Part shown: positions 17,286 to 28,200 of the stretch, in pieces
Layout of the letters: each line of letters starts with the position of its first letter
Position numbering within the stretch: the first letter of the stretch is position 1
Assembly: GCA_963745075.1 (NCBI GenBank)
Contig: CAVUWV010000021.1
Span: forward strand, 96,001 to 160,000
Source of the DNA: Candidatus Hydrogenedentota bacterium
GTDB taxonomy: Bacteria > Hydrogenedentota > Hydrogenedentia > Hydrogenedentales > SLHB01
Reading direction: 5' to 3'
DNA length: 64,000 bases
Notes under the pieces: generated by a model
What the model was told of the DNA's origin: nothing
The model's input: only the letters and a program-made list of their open reading frames with translations
The model's database searches: none
Program-made: the position numbers and the translations under genes

Positions 17286-18515
17286 TTACGATGCGCTCTT
17301 CGATTGTTCCACGAGTTCGGCGACCTTCGCTTCGTCCACTTCGATCCCGAGGCCCGGCCCCTTGGGAATTCGAACCTTGCCGCCCTTCGGTACAAACGGT
17401 TCCGTGATGACGCTCGTGCCGAGGAACTGGGGGCCGTTCAGCGCCGCAGGGAATTTCAGCCCGAACGCGCCGTACAGAATCAGCGACGCTGCCAGCGAGA
17501 CATCCGGATCCGTCAAGCCGCTGCCGAGGAACATGAGTCCCGCGTCTTCCATAATTTCGACCTGTTGCACCGCGGACACCAGCCCGCCGCAACGCGCCGG
17601 TTTCATGGCCACGCCGTCGCAGCATCCCAGCTTCATGAATTCGAGGAGGTCCGACGGCGACACGACGCCTTCGTCCATAATAATCGGGAGCGCGCCCTGG
17701 CGTTTCAATTCCTGGTACCCGGTCAATTGATTTGCCTTGAGTGGTTCCTCGAAGACTTCCATACCGGCATCCGCCAGCTTCGGCGCAACGTCCATCGCGG
17801 TCGTGAGATCGTAGCCGCCGTTGGCATCTCCCCACAAGAATCCATCCGGGACAAGCCGCTTCACGATCTTGCACATCTCGATGTCAAACTCGGGATGCGG
17901 GGCCACTTTGACGTTGAAATTCTCGAAACCTTCTTCGCGTCCTTTCGCGATCAGCGGTTCCAGGTCATCTAGCGTCTTCGGGTTTAACGTCCAACTCAAG
18001 ACGAGTTCGTCGGGCAGCGAACGCCCCCACAGTTCCGCCAGATTGCGGCCCGTAATCTTGCCGATGAGATCGTGCAAGGCGATGTCGAGACCTGCCTTCG
18101 TAATCGGAGAACCGGTCGAAAAGGAGTTGGCGATCTCTTTGTTCATCGCGTCGTGAATGCCCTTCAAATCGAAGGGGTTCATGCCGGTCACGATGGGGAT
18201 CAGATAATGCTCGAGCGTGCTGACGGCGCCTTCCAGGGTTTCGTAGCTCCAACGCGGCACGGGAACGCTTTCGCCCCATCCGACCGTGCCGTCGTCCGCG
18301 GTGACTTTGATCAACACCGAGGCCCGCCCGCTGCCGGAAGTCGGTCCCTCGAAGAACTTGAAGCGCATCACCGTAGGATAGCGGACCGGAAAGATCTCGA
18401 TGCGATCGATGGTCACCGGTTTGACCGCTTCCGCTTCGCTCAATCGATCCAACGCCATCATCGCGGCGACTCCCATGGTTCCCTGCAAGAATTCGCGGCG
18501 GGTAAACCCGTTCAT
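17286..18515 (-). CDS. Tat-exported enolase-superfamily (muconate lactonizing/dipeptide epimerase subgroup) protein
   Basis: TRREFL twin-arginine signal; GWGE, DIALHDL.GK, DANGGY, FEEP, MDEG, MKPARCGG motifs. Confidence 0.85.
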   Translation of the reverse strand: MNGFTRREFLQGTMGVAAMMALDRLSEAEAVKPVTIDRIEIFPVRYPTVMRFKFFEGPTSGSGRASVLIKVTADDGTVGWGESVPVPRWSYETLEGAVSTLEHYLIPIVTGMNPFDLKGIHDAMNKEIANSFSTGSPITKAGLDIALHDLIGKITGRNLAELWGRSLPDELVLSWTLNPKTLDDLEPLIAKGREEGFENFNVKVAPHPEFDIEMCKIVKRLVPDGFLWGDANGGYDLTTAMDVAPKLADAGMEVFEEPLKANQLTGYQELKRQGALPIIMDEGVVSPSDLLEFMKLGCCDGVAMKPARCGGLVSAVQQVEIMEDAGLMFLGSGLTDPDVSLAASLILYGAFGLKFPAALNGPQFLGTSVITEPFVPKGGKVRIPKGPGLGIEVDEAKVAELVEQSKSAS

Positions 18516-18615
18516 TCGCACGTCTCCCCTTCGTTGCCTCCGATTCCGCGCCGGCTACCTTCGGTAGCATCTAAGTATACGCGCTGAATGTGTGGTTTCA
18601 ACTCCAGCCGACGGA

Positions 18616-20388
18616 TCACTCGCGGTCCTTGACCAGTGTTTCGAGAATCGTTTGTTCCCGGATCAGCAATTGCCGGCCGGCCGCGCGGACGCTCAACGCA
18701 TACAGCAGCACCGTGCATCCGATCAGTAGCGCTGCCGTCAGCAGCCCCGCGGCGGTGCCGGCCCATCGGGGAAGTTCGTCCACCGACAAGCGCAGCGCAA
18801 GGGATACGCCGGCGGGAAGCAGCGCAAGCAATGCGGACACGAACCCCAGGGGAAAGATCGCCAGCACGGCCAGCGTGCGCACCCATCCCCCGCTCTGCAA
18901 GGCCTGTCTCCCCTGATACCGGATTCGATACGGTGCATACACGGAAATGAAATTACCCACGATACAGAACAATGCATAGACCAACAAGACGTGGAGGATC
19001 GATTGCACGAAGCTCAAGGCAGTATACGACATGAGCAGTGCGCAGAGCACGAGAAAGATAGCGGCGATACCGCCGGTAATCGGTAACAACGCCAGGTTCT
19101 TTGCGAAGAGGTATTTCGCGCGGTTGGTGGGAAGCAGCACCAAGGTCCGGAACCCTTCGGCGTCGATTCCGAACACGTTGAAGATGAAGTGCCCCATGGT
19201 CAACACCGGCCAAATCGCCACGCCGATCGGCGCCAGCGTCCGCATGAAAGCGCCATGCGCGACTCCCGAACCGATCTGGCGGAAATACAACAGCATGATC
19301 GCGCCGACCACCACCGGAAACACAAGCTGCATGCGAATCTGCGGATGGCGCAGGTATCCCAGAAACGCGGCGATGGTAAAGGCGGAGGTCTCCGGGTCCA
19401 GAAGGGGAATCTTCCGGGTGACCAGCGCGGCCCGTCCATGTTTGCAGGCTCGCGACCCCGGTCGCGCGACGCGGCGCTTTCTCCCGCGCCCCTTCCCGGT
19501 GTAGTGAAGTAAGGTGGATCGATATCCCAGGCCGAGGCCGCTCAGACCTAAGCCCGTCAGACCCAGAAACGCAAACGCCGGCACGGCGACGCGACCGTCA
19601 ATAAGCGTGGACATGCCCACCGGAAACCACCCGATCGGGATGACTGAGTTCGCGGCGAGCACGGTCTCGGTCAGCATCTCCGACGTAAATGCGGAATTGC
19701 GCCCCGGCCGCGCCTGCGACCCCGCGTGGTCCTTCGCCCAGGACAGAATCGTGAAGTTCATCAGGGCCGGCAGTTGTCCAATGAGGGCAAAACCCATCGT
19801 GATCAAGACGAGAAGCGTCCGGCGGCGGCGCTTATTTTCCATGAGGTACACCAAAATGCCGCGCACGTAGTAGGTCCACCCCGCGAGCGTAAAGTAAAAC
19901 GCCACGCCCAATGGGAACGTCAATACCATCACCGGGCCGTACGCGATGGTCAAGCCCAACGTGAACCCCACCAAAGGCAGCATGAAGAAGATCGTCCCCG
20001 GCGAGATCAGAGAAACGGCGAAGTTCAAGAGAAAAACGAGTCGAAGCGGAACGGGCAGAAAGAGCATCTTGCGAAAGTCGATCACTTCGGACCGCTGCAA
20101 CTCGGCTACCAATCCCGTTGTCCATACAAACAGGAACACGACGACCAATACGTCGCACACCCAAAGCACGAGTTCCGATGACGAAACCGCTCCGTGCGTG
20201 CTCGTAACGATGGCGGGGAAATAGATGCCGAGCACGAGAAGCCCCAGCGCGAAACCGATGGCGGTTCCTACGAACAGAATCGAATACAGCACGGCCAGGA
20301 TGAACGACCAGCGCTGCCCCCGCATCCACGAATTCCGCAGAAGCGTGTATCTCAAAATGACGAGCGCCCGGATTTGCGTCCCGATCAC
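18616..20388 (-). CDS. ABC exporter permease (about 14 TM helices)
   Basis: Highly hydrophobic; FNVFGIDAEG...LLP....YLFAKNLA; 4-nt overlap with the ATPase gene. Confidence 0.75.
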   Translation of the reverse strand: MIGTQIRALVILRYTLLRNSWMRGQRWSFILAVLYSILFVGTAIGFALGLLVLGIYFPAIVTSTHGAVSSSELVLWVCDVLVVVFLFVWTTGLVAELQRSEVIDFRKMLFLPVPLRLVFLLNFAVSLISPGTIFFMLPLVGFTLGLTIAYGPVMVLTFPLGVAFYFTLAGWTYYVRGILVYLMENKRRRRTLLVLITMGFALIGQLPALMNFTILSWAKDHAGSQARPGRNSAFTSEMLTETVLAANSVIPIGWFPVGMSTLIDGRVAVPAFAFLGLTGLGLSGLGLGYRSTLLHYTGKGRGRKRRVARPGSRACKHGRAALVTRKIPLLDPETSAFTIAAFLGYLRHPQIRMQLVFPVVVGAIMLLYFRQIGSGVAHGAFMRTLAPIGVAIWPVLTMGHFIFNVFGIDAEGFRTLVLLPTNRAKYLFAKNLALLPITGGIAAIFLVLCALLMSYTALSFVQSILHVLLVYALFCIVGNFISVYAPYRIRYQGRQALQSGGWVRTLAVLAIFPLGFVSALLALLPAGVSLALRLSVDELPRWAGTAAGLLTAALLIGCTVLLYALSVRAAGRQLLIREQTILETLVKDRE

Positions 20389-21146
20389 GGCGCGCTTCCC
20401 AGCCAGGACAAGGCCGAGTCTCCCCGCCCGGCGTCGCCCACAACGTCGATAAACGCGCGTTCGAGCGACCCGTGCAGCGACAACTCGGCTTTGGAGGCCT
20501 GTGTCACCAGCAGGCCGTTGTTAATGATTCCGACGTGGGTGCACAATCGTTCGACAATCTCGAGGATATGGGACGTAATGAAGATCGTCGACCCCCGTTC
20601 GACGAATCGCTCCAGGACCGTCCGCAGCGTCCGCGACGCAATGGGATCGATTCCCTCAAAGGGCTCGTCGAGAAAGAGCAGCTCGGGATCGTGAATCAAC
20701 GCGGCGGCGAGGGACAGTTTTTTCTTCATGCCGTGCGAGAATTCGAGTGTCAACGCCTTCTCGTTTTCGGTGAGGTTCATGAGCGTCATCAGTTCGTCGC
20801 ACCGCTCGTCCAGCACGTGGGCGGATAGCCCGTGCATCCTCCCGATAAACGTCAGATACTCGCGGGCGGTCAAATTCTCGAAGAGGCACAAATCTTCGGG
20901 TACCACGCCGATGCGGCGCTTGACCCTAAGCGGATCGCGCATCAGGTCCAGCCCCAACACGCCGATATCTCCCGACGTCGGCGCCATGAGCCCGGTGAGC
21001 ATCTTGATCGTCGTGGACTTGCCGGCGCCGTTCGGCCCGAGAAAGCCGTAGAGGCTTCCGCCCGGTACCTGGAGATCGATCCCGTTCACCGCAGTCTGGC
21101 TGCCGAAAATCTTGGTAAGTTTCGTGGTCTGAATCGCGTAATCCAT
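20385..21146 (-). CDS. ABC transporter ATP-binding protein
   Basis: GPNGAGKST Walker A, FSHGM signature, LFLDEP Walker B, SH switch. Confidence 0.95.
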   Translation of the reverse strand: MDYAIQTTKLTKIFGSQTAVNGIDLQVPGGSLYGFLGPNGAGKSTTIKMLTGLMAPTSGDIGVLGLDLMRDPLRVKRRIGVVPEDLCLFENLTAREYLTFIGRMHGLSAHVLDERCDELMTLMNLTENEKALTLEFSHGMKKKLSLAAALIHDPELLFLDEPFEGIDPIASRTLRTVLERFVERGSTIFITSHILEIVERLCTHVGIINNGLLVTQASKAELSLHGSLERAFIDVVGDAGRGDSALSWLGSAP

Positions 21147-21551
21147 ACGTGCTCCCTGGACCCCACACTATACCCTACCCGGCACTCGCCGCGAATAGCC
21201 CGTGTTGCGGCCTATCCACCTTGCCGGAACCAAGTTCGAATGACTGAAACGAAGGAAATCTAAGATGGACGGACGGGAGAATCCCACGGATGACGGGTGG
21301 CCGAACGATTCAACTGAGAGATTCACTGTCAACGGACCAGACACTCCCGAGCGCGAGTCCGGATGAGCGCATGGAAAAGATCCTCCGGTCCCCCGGCTAT
21401 CTCCACTGAGCAAGAGACGAGCGCTACCGACCGCCGAATTCCTCTGCCGGATCTTCTCTTGACTAAATTCAACCTTTCTTGGTACACTTCGACTTGGAAC
21501 TTGCTTTTCCCTGCTGTGTTCGAGAAGGGCGGAGAAACTTTGTACCTTAGT

Positions 21552-21658
21552 CTTTTGAACCGGGAGCCCAACATTCGTCGTAGCTAACGACAAGCCATCG
21601 TAGAGTGGAAGCCGGTCGGCTATCGTGAGGGCACCCCCTTAGTGGGTAGGTTCAAAAG
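21552..21658. ncRNA. Candidate structured RNA element (multibranch); identity unknown
   Basis: Closing stem CTTTTGAACC/GGTTCAAAAG, inner GGGAGCCC/GGGCACCC and three small hairpins. Confidence 0.3.
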
Positions 21659-21694
21659 TTTCCCACCCAACGGCAATGTGCGGGGAATTTTTTC

Positions 21695-21731
21695 TGAGCG
21701 GGACACTGAAATGGTCCCGCTCATCTTATTT
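21695..21731 (+). terminator. Putative intrinsic terminator inside the intergenic region
   Basis: TGAGCGGGAC/GTCCCGCTCA 10-bp stem followed by TCTTATTT. Confidence 0.5.
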
Positions 21732-21747
21732 GGGCGAAACAAAACAG

Positions 21748-21776
21748 TTGACAAATTTATAGAATAATGAAACAAT
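21748..21776 (+). promoter_or_regulatory. Putative distal sigma70 promoter toward pilM
   Basis: TTGACA-17-AACAAT with extended -10 TG. Confidence 0.45.
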
Positions 21777-21968
21777 TAGAGACAGACGGATCTACGGGGT
21801 ATTCGGAGCCGTCAATTAAATAATCTCGCTTTAGTGGGGCCGTGGAACGGAGGGGTCAGTTGACCAATTGTCTATCGTTGACCACAAAGTATTGCAAAAT
21901 GGAACGATACGACACAAAACCGGGGTGTTTAGCATCCATGACATACATAATCGGCCACGGGTTAAGTA

Positions 21969-21997
21969 TTGACAGATACTCATATTTTTGCTACCAT
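21969..21997 (+). promoter_or_regulatory. Putative proximal sigma70 promoter of pilMNOPQ
   Basis: TTGACA-17-TACCAT with extended -10 TG. Confidence 0.65.
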
Positions 21998-22107
21998 CGT
22001 TTTGAGTGGCAGAGTACGGATGCAGGCGTCATGGCCATACATGCCTATGGGGTTGGTACGGCTAAGTCGTTTGCTCGCTTGGCCAGAAACGTCCCTGCGG
22101 ACGGGGA

Positions 22108-23355
22108 GTGTACCTAGCCTTGCTATTCTCGAAACCCACGAAAGCCGTCGGTCTTGACATCGGTTCCCACTCGATCAAGGCGGTTCAGATGTCCCGGCAC
22201 GGGGGCAGGCTCCGAGTCGACAATGTGGGCTTTGCATACGTCGACCGGTCCCAATTCAACATGGACCCCGTCATCGCCCAGGCAAGTGCCCTGCGCGAGG
22301 CGGTCCGCACCTTGTCCCTGTCGGGAGCGTATGTTGTCGGAGCGCTTCCCGGACAGACGGTGGTAATCCGGTACCCGCGTCTTCCCGAGATGGACGATGC
22401 CAAGTTGGCGGACTCCATCGAACGCGAGGCGGGCCAGAACATTCCCTACGAACGGTCGGAAGTGTTCCTGGACTGGACGCCGCTGGACCGCGTGACCGAA
22501 GGTTCCAAGACGATGCTCAAGGTGCTGTTGGTAGCAGCGCGGTATGAGGTGGTCGAAACGCGCGTTCAGATTGCCCACGAGGCGGAAATCAACTACGCCG
22601 CGCTGGGGGTGGATTCGCTGGCACTGGCGGACGCCGCCGAAGGGTGCGATTTCCTCCGGGTGGGAGAAACGGTGGCCTTGGTCAATATCGGGCAAACCAC
22701 CACAAGCATACACTTTGTGAAAGACGGTATCTCAAACTTCATCCGTGATGTAAGTTGGGGCTCGCGCGAACTGATTCAATCCATCGCCAAAGCGCGGCGC
22801 GTGGAAATCTCGGATGCGGAAAAACTGTTGGTGTCCTCGGCGGAAGAAGAGCCCGCCGCCTTGGCGCCCCCGCCGCTTCCCGAAGATGACGAGGAGATTC
22901 CCGAGTCTCCCCCGCCGGTCGAGTCCCAATTAGGGGGGCTGGATGAAATGGGAGGCAGTCTCCTCGACCCACTCGAGGAGGAGTTGGGCGGCCTGGACGT
23001 GTCGGCTCCCACCCCGGCAACGCCGGCCCCAGCCGTTGAAGACAAAGATGTCGGCGAGATTCTCGCAACGCCGCTCGCGCGACTGGTCAGTGAGATTCGC
23101 CGTTCCTTCGATTATTACGAACAACAACTCTACGAGCACCCGGTGGACCGGCTGATCGTGAGCGGCGGCGTAGCCCATTTGCCGTTGCTGCGGGAAACGG
23201 TGGCCGATGAACTTGGCGTCGCCGTGGAACTGGCCGATCCGACCCGCAGCGCGCTGGTCCTGGGACCGGAGCACAACGTGGGCCGGATGTTGGAACAGCC
23301 CGCGCAGTTTATGGTGGCCGTGGGACTGGCCGCGAGGGGGATGGCTGACCTATGA
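22108..23355 (+). CDS. pilM: Type IV pilus assembly protein PilM
   Basis: VGLDIGSHSIK, VNIG, EIRRSFDYY, LIVSGG, VAVGLAAR; first gene of the MNOPQ order. Confidence 0.92.
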   Translation: MYLALLFSKPTKAVGLDIGSHSIKAVQMSRHGGRLRVDNVGFAYVDRSQFNMDPVIAQASALREAVRTLSLSGAYVVGALPGQTVVIRYPRLPEMDDAKLADSIEREAGQNIPYERSEVFLDWTPLDRVTEGSKTMLKVLLVAARYEVVETRVQIAHEAEINYAALGVDSLALADAAEGCDFLRVGETVALVNIGQTTTSIHFVKDGISNFIRDVSWGSRELIQSIAKARRVEISDAEKLLVSSAEEEPAALAPPPLPEDDEEIPESPPPVESQLGGLDEMGGSLLDPLEEELGGLDVSAPTPATPAPAVEDKDVGEILATPLARLVSEIRRSFDYYEQQLYEHPVDRLIVSGGVAHLPLLRETVADELGVAVELADPTRSALVLGPEHNVGRMLEQPAQFMVAVGLAARGMADL

Positions 23356-24029
23356 TTCGGATAAACCTGCTTCCCCATCATCTACGACCGATCAAGCGAA
23401 CCCCGCTCCCCTATATCGCGTGCGCGGCGTTGTTCGTGATTCTGCTCCTGGGGATGTTCAGCAGTTACGTCACGACCCAAGCGCAGGTCATGGCCGAGTC
23501 CAAGCATCTCAACCAGTTGCAGACCGACTTACAGAATCTTCAGCACATCGTGGACGAGTCCAACCAGTTGGAAGCGCTGAAACTCCAGTTGGCCGACAAG
23601 ATCAAGACCATCGATGAAATCGTGAAAGACCGGATCATCTGGTCGCGGCAGTTGTGGTTGTTGTCCAAATTGACACCGCCCAACTTCTGGTACAGCGAAA
23701 TACTGGTCACGACAAAGTCGTATCCCATGCAAGAACCCGTATTGGACCCCCAAACCAAGAAACCCAAAATCAATCCCAATACGAACCGCATCGAAATGAA
23801 GACCGTTCAGGTCAGCCGTCCGATCCTGCGGTTGTCGGGCTACGTCATCGACTCGCCGGACGGCAATCAGGATGTAAGTCCTTTGACGGACGCGCTGACC
23901 GAGGACGAGGAGTTTTCCAGCCTGTTCCAGTTGGAACAACCGTCGTTCTCTTCGGATGAATTCGAGGGATTCCCGGTGAAACGGTTTACGTTGGAGTTTC
24001 TCATCACGGCGGGAGGGGCCCGAGAATGA
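23352..24029 (+). CDS. pilN: Type IV pilus assembly protein PilN
   Basis: MIRINLLP motif, TM helix, coiled coil. Confidence 0.9.
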   Translation: MIRINLLPHHLRPIKRTPLPYIACAALFVILLLGMFSSYVTTQAQVMAESKHLNQLQTDLQNLQHIVDESNQLEALKLQLADKIKTIDEIVKDRIIWSRQLWLLSKLTPPNFWYSEILVTTKSYPMQEPVLDPQTKKPKINPNTNRIEMKTVQVSRPILRLSGYVIDSPDGNQDVSPLTDALTEDEEFSSLFQLEQPSFSSDEFEGFPVKRFTLEFLITAGGARE

Positions 24030-24633
24030 TCGAAATCCTGAAAGGCACGGTCACTCCGAAGGACTGGGCGGCGGTCGGTGTGATGGTGGGCATTATGGTG
24101 GCGCTCGTCGCGATCTACGTGTTGTTCGTGCACAAGCATCAGACCGAAGCCCTGGCGCGCGTAGAAGCCCAAACACAGGCCATTCAATCCGATCTCGCCG
24201 AGGCGCGGGATCGGAAAAAGGGATTGGCGAACTTCGCGAAGAGACACGGAAGATTCAGCAATTGGTGTCGGATTTCAACAAGCGGCTTCCGACCCAGCGC
24301 GAAATCCCCGACTTGGTGCGCCAGTTCGAGTCCATGGCCAACGACGTGGGGCTCTCCCATTCGCTGAAACCGGAAGCGCCCCAGCGTGACGAGACCAAGG
24401 AAACCATCCCCTACAGTGTCGACACGTTCGGGAATTTTCACCAGACCGCGAGTTTCATCAATCGCCTTGAGCGATTTGAACGCTATCTGAAAATCAGCGA
24501 CCTCAAGATCGAAGAAGAGGACGCCGGCGTGTCCAAAGCCAGCTTCACGCTCAGTACGTTTCGATTCCTGGGTGAGAATCCGCAAGAAGGACTGCAAAAC
24601 ATGGCGGCTGCGAACACGGGGGGTGCGCCGTGA
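24026..24633 (+). CDS. pilO: PilO, split by a 1-nt frameshift at the A5 run 24215-24219
   Basis: TM N-terminus in one frame; RLPTQREIPDL...GNFHQTASFINRLE in the -1 frame; adding one A gives RKKGIGELREETRKIQQLV. Confidence 0.85.
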
Positions 24634-25274
24634 ACCCGAAGCAACGTAGGAACGTAATCATCCTTATCGTGCTAGGCGTTGCCACGCTGGGAGTATTGTA
24701 CTGGCAATTCTTCACGGAGTCGGATTTCGACCGCCAGTACCGGGAGAATCTGGCCAAGACCTCGGTGCCCGGTGCTGACGCGACCCCAGCCGCAAGCACG
24801 CCGAGCCCCGCCGCTACTGCGGCGGCCCCGGCAACCGGCGCGGCCCCGGCCGCCCAGGCAAGCGCGTTTCAGAAGGCCGACGTCAATATTGACGAATTGA
24901 TCGCAGGGATTAAGGAAGTCGACTTCGACTACGATCAAGTCGCCATGGACGTAAACCCGATGACGCCGCTGGTTGGCCCCTTTGCCCCGCAGCGGATCGC
25001 CGCCACGGGAGAGGAAGGCGGCAGCGAGGCCACGCCCATGCGGCACGACATTCAGGCCCTGGTCCGCACCCTCAAAGTGACCGGGATCATGTGGGACAAG
25101 TACGATCCTATGGCGGTCGTTAGTTTCCCCGTGCAAGGCGAGACGATCAGCGAAGTTGTGACGCGCGGATTCGAATTCCCGGATATGGGAGTTACGGTTC
25201 ACGATATCGAAAAGGATCGGGTCATTCTGAACATTAACGGTGTTGAGGTCCCCATCGAGCTAGAGGAGCGGTAG
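24630..25274 (+). CDS. PilP-like protein
   Basis: Lies between pilO and pilQ; NPM motif; LKVTGIMWD...VHDIEKDRVIL beta domain. Confidence 0.7.
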   Translation: MNPKQRRNVIILIVLGVATLGVLYWQFFTESDFDRQYRENLAKTSVPGADATPAASTPSPAATAAAPATGAAPAAQASAFQKADVNIDELIAGIKEVDFDYDQVAMDVNPMTPLVGPFAPQRIAATGEEGGSEATPMRHDIQALVRTLKVTGIMWDKYDPMAVVSFPVQGETISEVVTRGFEFPDMGVTVHDIEKDRVILNINGVEVPIELEER

Positions 25275-25277
25275 GCG

Positions 25278-28200
25278 ATGTTACCACGGAATAGAACGTG
25301 CACTGTGGCCGTACTGGCCGCGCTACTCGCCGTAGCGGCATTTGCCGCGACGGATGCCATCGAGGAGCGTAAGGAGAGCATAGTTCGTGTCGCCCTGGAG
25401 AAACAGGGACGCGAGGCGGACACCGCTCTACTCGAATCGGCGCGCAACGCCGCGGCGATTGTGAGCCTGAAGTTGAGCGGCACGCCCGGAGGCTCGATGC
25501 TCCAGATCCATACCAATGGGCGCCCGGAATACGACTGGTTTTTCCTGGATGGCGAGGCAAAACTGGTGGTCGATTTCAAGAACACCATCAACTTCGAATC
25601 GGGCAACGTGCTGAAAGCGGAAAACGACCCATTGATCGAACGGGTGCGAACCAGCTTGTTTGCGCTGGAGCCTCAGTTTGTATCGCGTGTGGTCATCGAT
25701 ATGAAACGCGAAGCAAAACCGCTCTTCCGAGAAGTGGAAAAAGGACTCGAACTGCAATTCGCGTCCGCGGGCGCGCCCATCCAAGAATCCGCGCCTGCCC
25801 CCATTGGCAAAGCGATCGAAGACGTTACGCCAACTTCTCCCTCGGGCGCGGATGGTGAAAAGCCCGCACCGTTGCCGGAGGGCGCCAAACAGATTCTGGC
25901 GGACTTGAACCAACAGGAGCAGGCCATTCGCGACACCCGCGCGAAACTCGAAGAGGCCGCCCTTCGCGATCGCGCGGACCGTCCCGCGGTGAGCCTTGGC
26001 GAGACGCCGGACGCGGACTCGCCGGCCCAGCGTGCGTTGCGCACATTTATCGCGCAAGACGAAGCGACCAGCGCGGAATTCTGGCAGCGGGTCGACGACC
26101 TTACCGCTGCCGCAAACGACCGGATCGCCAAGTTGCGGGCTCGCGTCCGGGAACTTCAGGCATCCATCGAAAACGGCAACGTCGCTGAAAAGGCCGGCAA
26201 GTCGGCCATGCAGGGCCTCGCCAAAGAAGCCCGTGCCGGGATCGATACGGATCGGGCCGCGTTCGCCGATCGTTTCGCTGAACTGAATTCGCAGCAGGCA
26301 CAGTCGCAGGAAGCGTTCGTGCGACTGGCCAACGCCGCCGAACGGTCCCCCTCCCCCACTCCCGATACGGCCCCGGGTGTTTCCGCGAAAACCGTTACCG
26401 AAGCCTTGGAGGGGCTGAGCAAACAGTTGGCGAAAATGCCCGAACTGACCGATGCGAAGCGTGAGGCGGGTTCGGAAAAACAAACCGATGTCGCGGACGT
26501 GGCAGACGCCCCGGAATCGCCCGAAGCGGATGCGATGCTGGACAATACGCTGGCCTCGCTTCAGGAACCCGTCGCCCCGGTGATCGAAGACACCGTCCTG
26601 ACGACACCGGCGTCGGAAATGCAACTGGTAACTTCGGTGCCGTTGGATCTCGCTGCCGCGCAACTCCAGCACGGCGCAGACGCGGCCGCCACCGACCCGC
26701 CTGCGAAGCCGAAGCCGGAATCAACACCGAAGCCAGAATCTACACCGGAACCGGCGCCCGCGCCGGAGACAGAAAACAAAGCAATGCCGACGCCAGCCAA
26801 GGAAGCGGCGCCCGCAAAGGAAAAGGCGCCGGTGCAGGAGAAGCAGGCCGAACCGGTCGAGGCCAAACCAGCCAAAGAAGAGCCCAAACCGGCCGCCGCC
26901 GAGATGAAGCCGGAAGCGAAACCCGCTATGGAGAAGCCCGTCGAGAAACCGGTCGAGCAACCGGCGGCTGCCACGCCGGCAATTGAAACCGTGGAACAGG
27001 AACCCCTCGGCGAAGTCGAACGCCAGCAGCTCCCTCCGGGAATGGACCCCTTGGACCAGCCCGTCAACATCGACTTCCGGGAGATGGATCTGAGCGCAGT
27101 CGTCTCGCTGCTCGCGAAAAAAGCCCAGGTCAACGTGATCGCCGGTACGGACATCATCGGCACCGTAACCGCGGATATCCGCAATGTACCCCTGCGTCAG
27201 GCGATGGACATGGTCCTGCGCATGAACGGCTTGGGGATCGTTGAGGAAGAGGGCGTCTTTCGAATCGTTCCCTATGACGAAGCAGTCGCGGCGCGGCGCA
27301 TGACGCGCATGGTCGTGCTGAAGAACGCGCAAGCGAATGATGTAAAACTAACGTTGGACGGTATCCTCGTCGGTGCGCAGGACGCGCAGCTCGTTACGCT
27401 GTCCGCCAACGACGCCACAAACGTATTGATCGTTTCGGGCCCGGAAAAGCGCGTCGACGAATTTGAAGACCTGGCCCATCAGCTCGATGTATCGGAGCCG
27501 GCATTGCCGACGGTCACCGAGGCGATCAAGTTGAACTACCTCGAACCGGCCGATGCCAAGCCGATCGCCGAGTCGCTCATCACCGAAGATATCGGTAAGG
27601 TCGAGGCGGACGCACAAGGCCGCCACTTGATTGTGACGGATATGCCGGTGGTCGTCGAACAGATCCGCCGCGTCCTGAGCGACGTGGACAAGCCCGTGAA
27701 ACAGGTCGCCATCGAGGCGATGATCGTGGATGCCGTCATGCGCGATGCGTCGCAGACCGGCGTTTCGTGGATGCTGGACGCCATCCGGAAATACAGTACC
27801 AACGGCGACTTGATCAGCGATGTATCGCAGGCGGGTTTCCGAAGCAACCTCGGCGTGCCCTTCGACATAACGGGCAATCCCAGCGCGGCCGGCCTTCCAC
27901 AGGCCCTCGATGCGGGTGCCATCACGTTGGGAATCCTGACCAACGACATCCGGCTCAACAGCGTGATCGCCGCCGAAGCCCAGAGCCGGAACGCGGAAAT
28001 CCTGGCCAATCCAAGCGTGGTCACGGTGGAGAACCAGCCCGCCACGATCTCCATCGTGCAGGAATTCCCCTATCAGGAAATCACCCAGGGGCTGACGGGA
28101 CCGCCCGTCGCGACCACCGAGTTCAAAGACATCGGTGTGACCCTCGAAGTGACTCCCCGGGTCACGCATGAGAACGACACGATTATCGCCATCAAGGCGA

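Noticed and set aside
21552..21658. c-di-GMP riboswitch or tRNA call
   Set aside because: Only fragments match (GGAAGC, GGGCAC, TTAGTGG); no GCAAA/GCGCAAAGC core, no GTGCAACC, no TTCGA loop or CCA end
21168..22157. Short ORFs in the ABC-pilM gap
   Set aside because: No RBS, atypical composition, and they overlap promoter motifs
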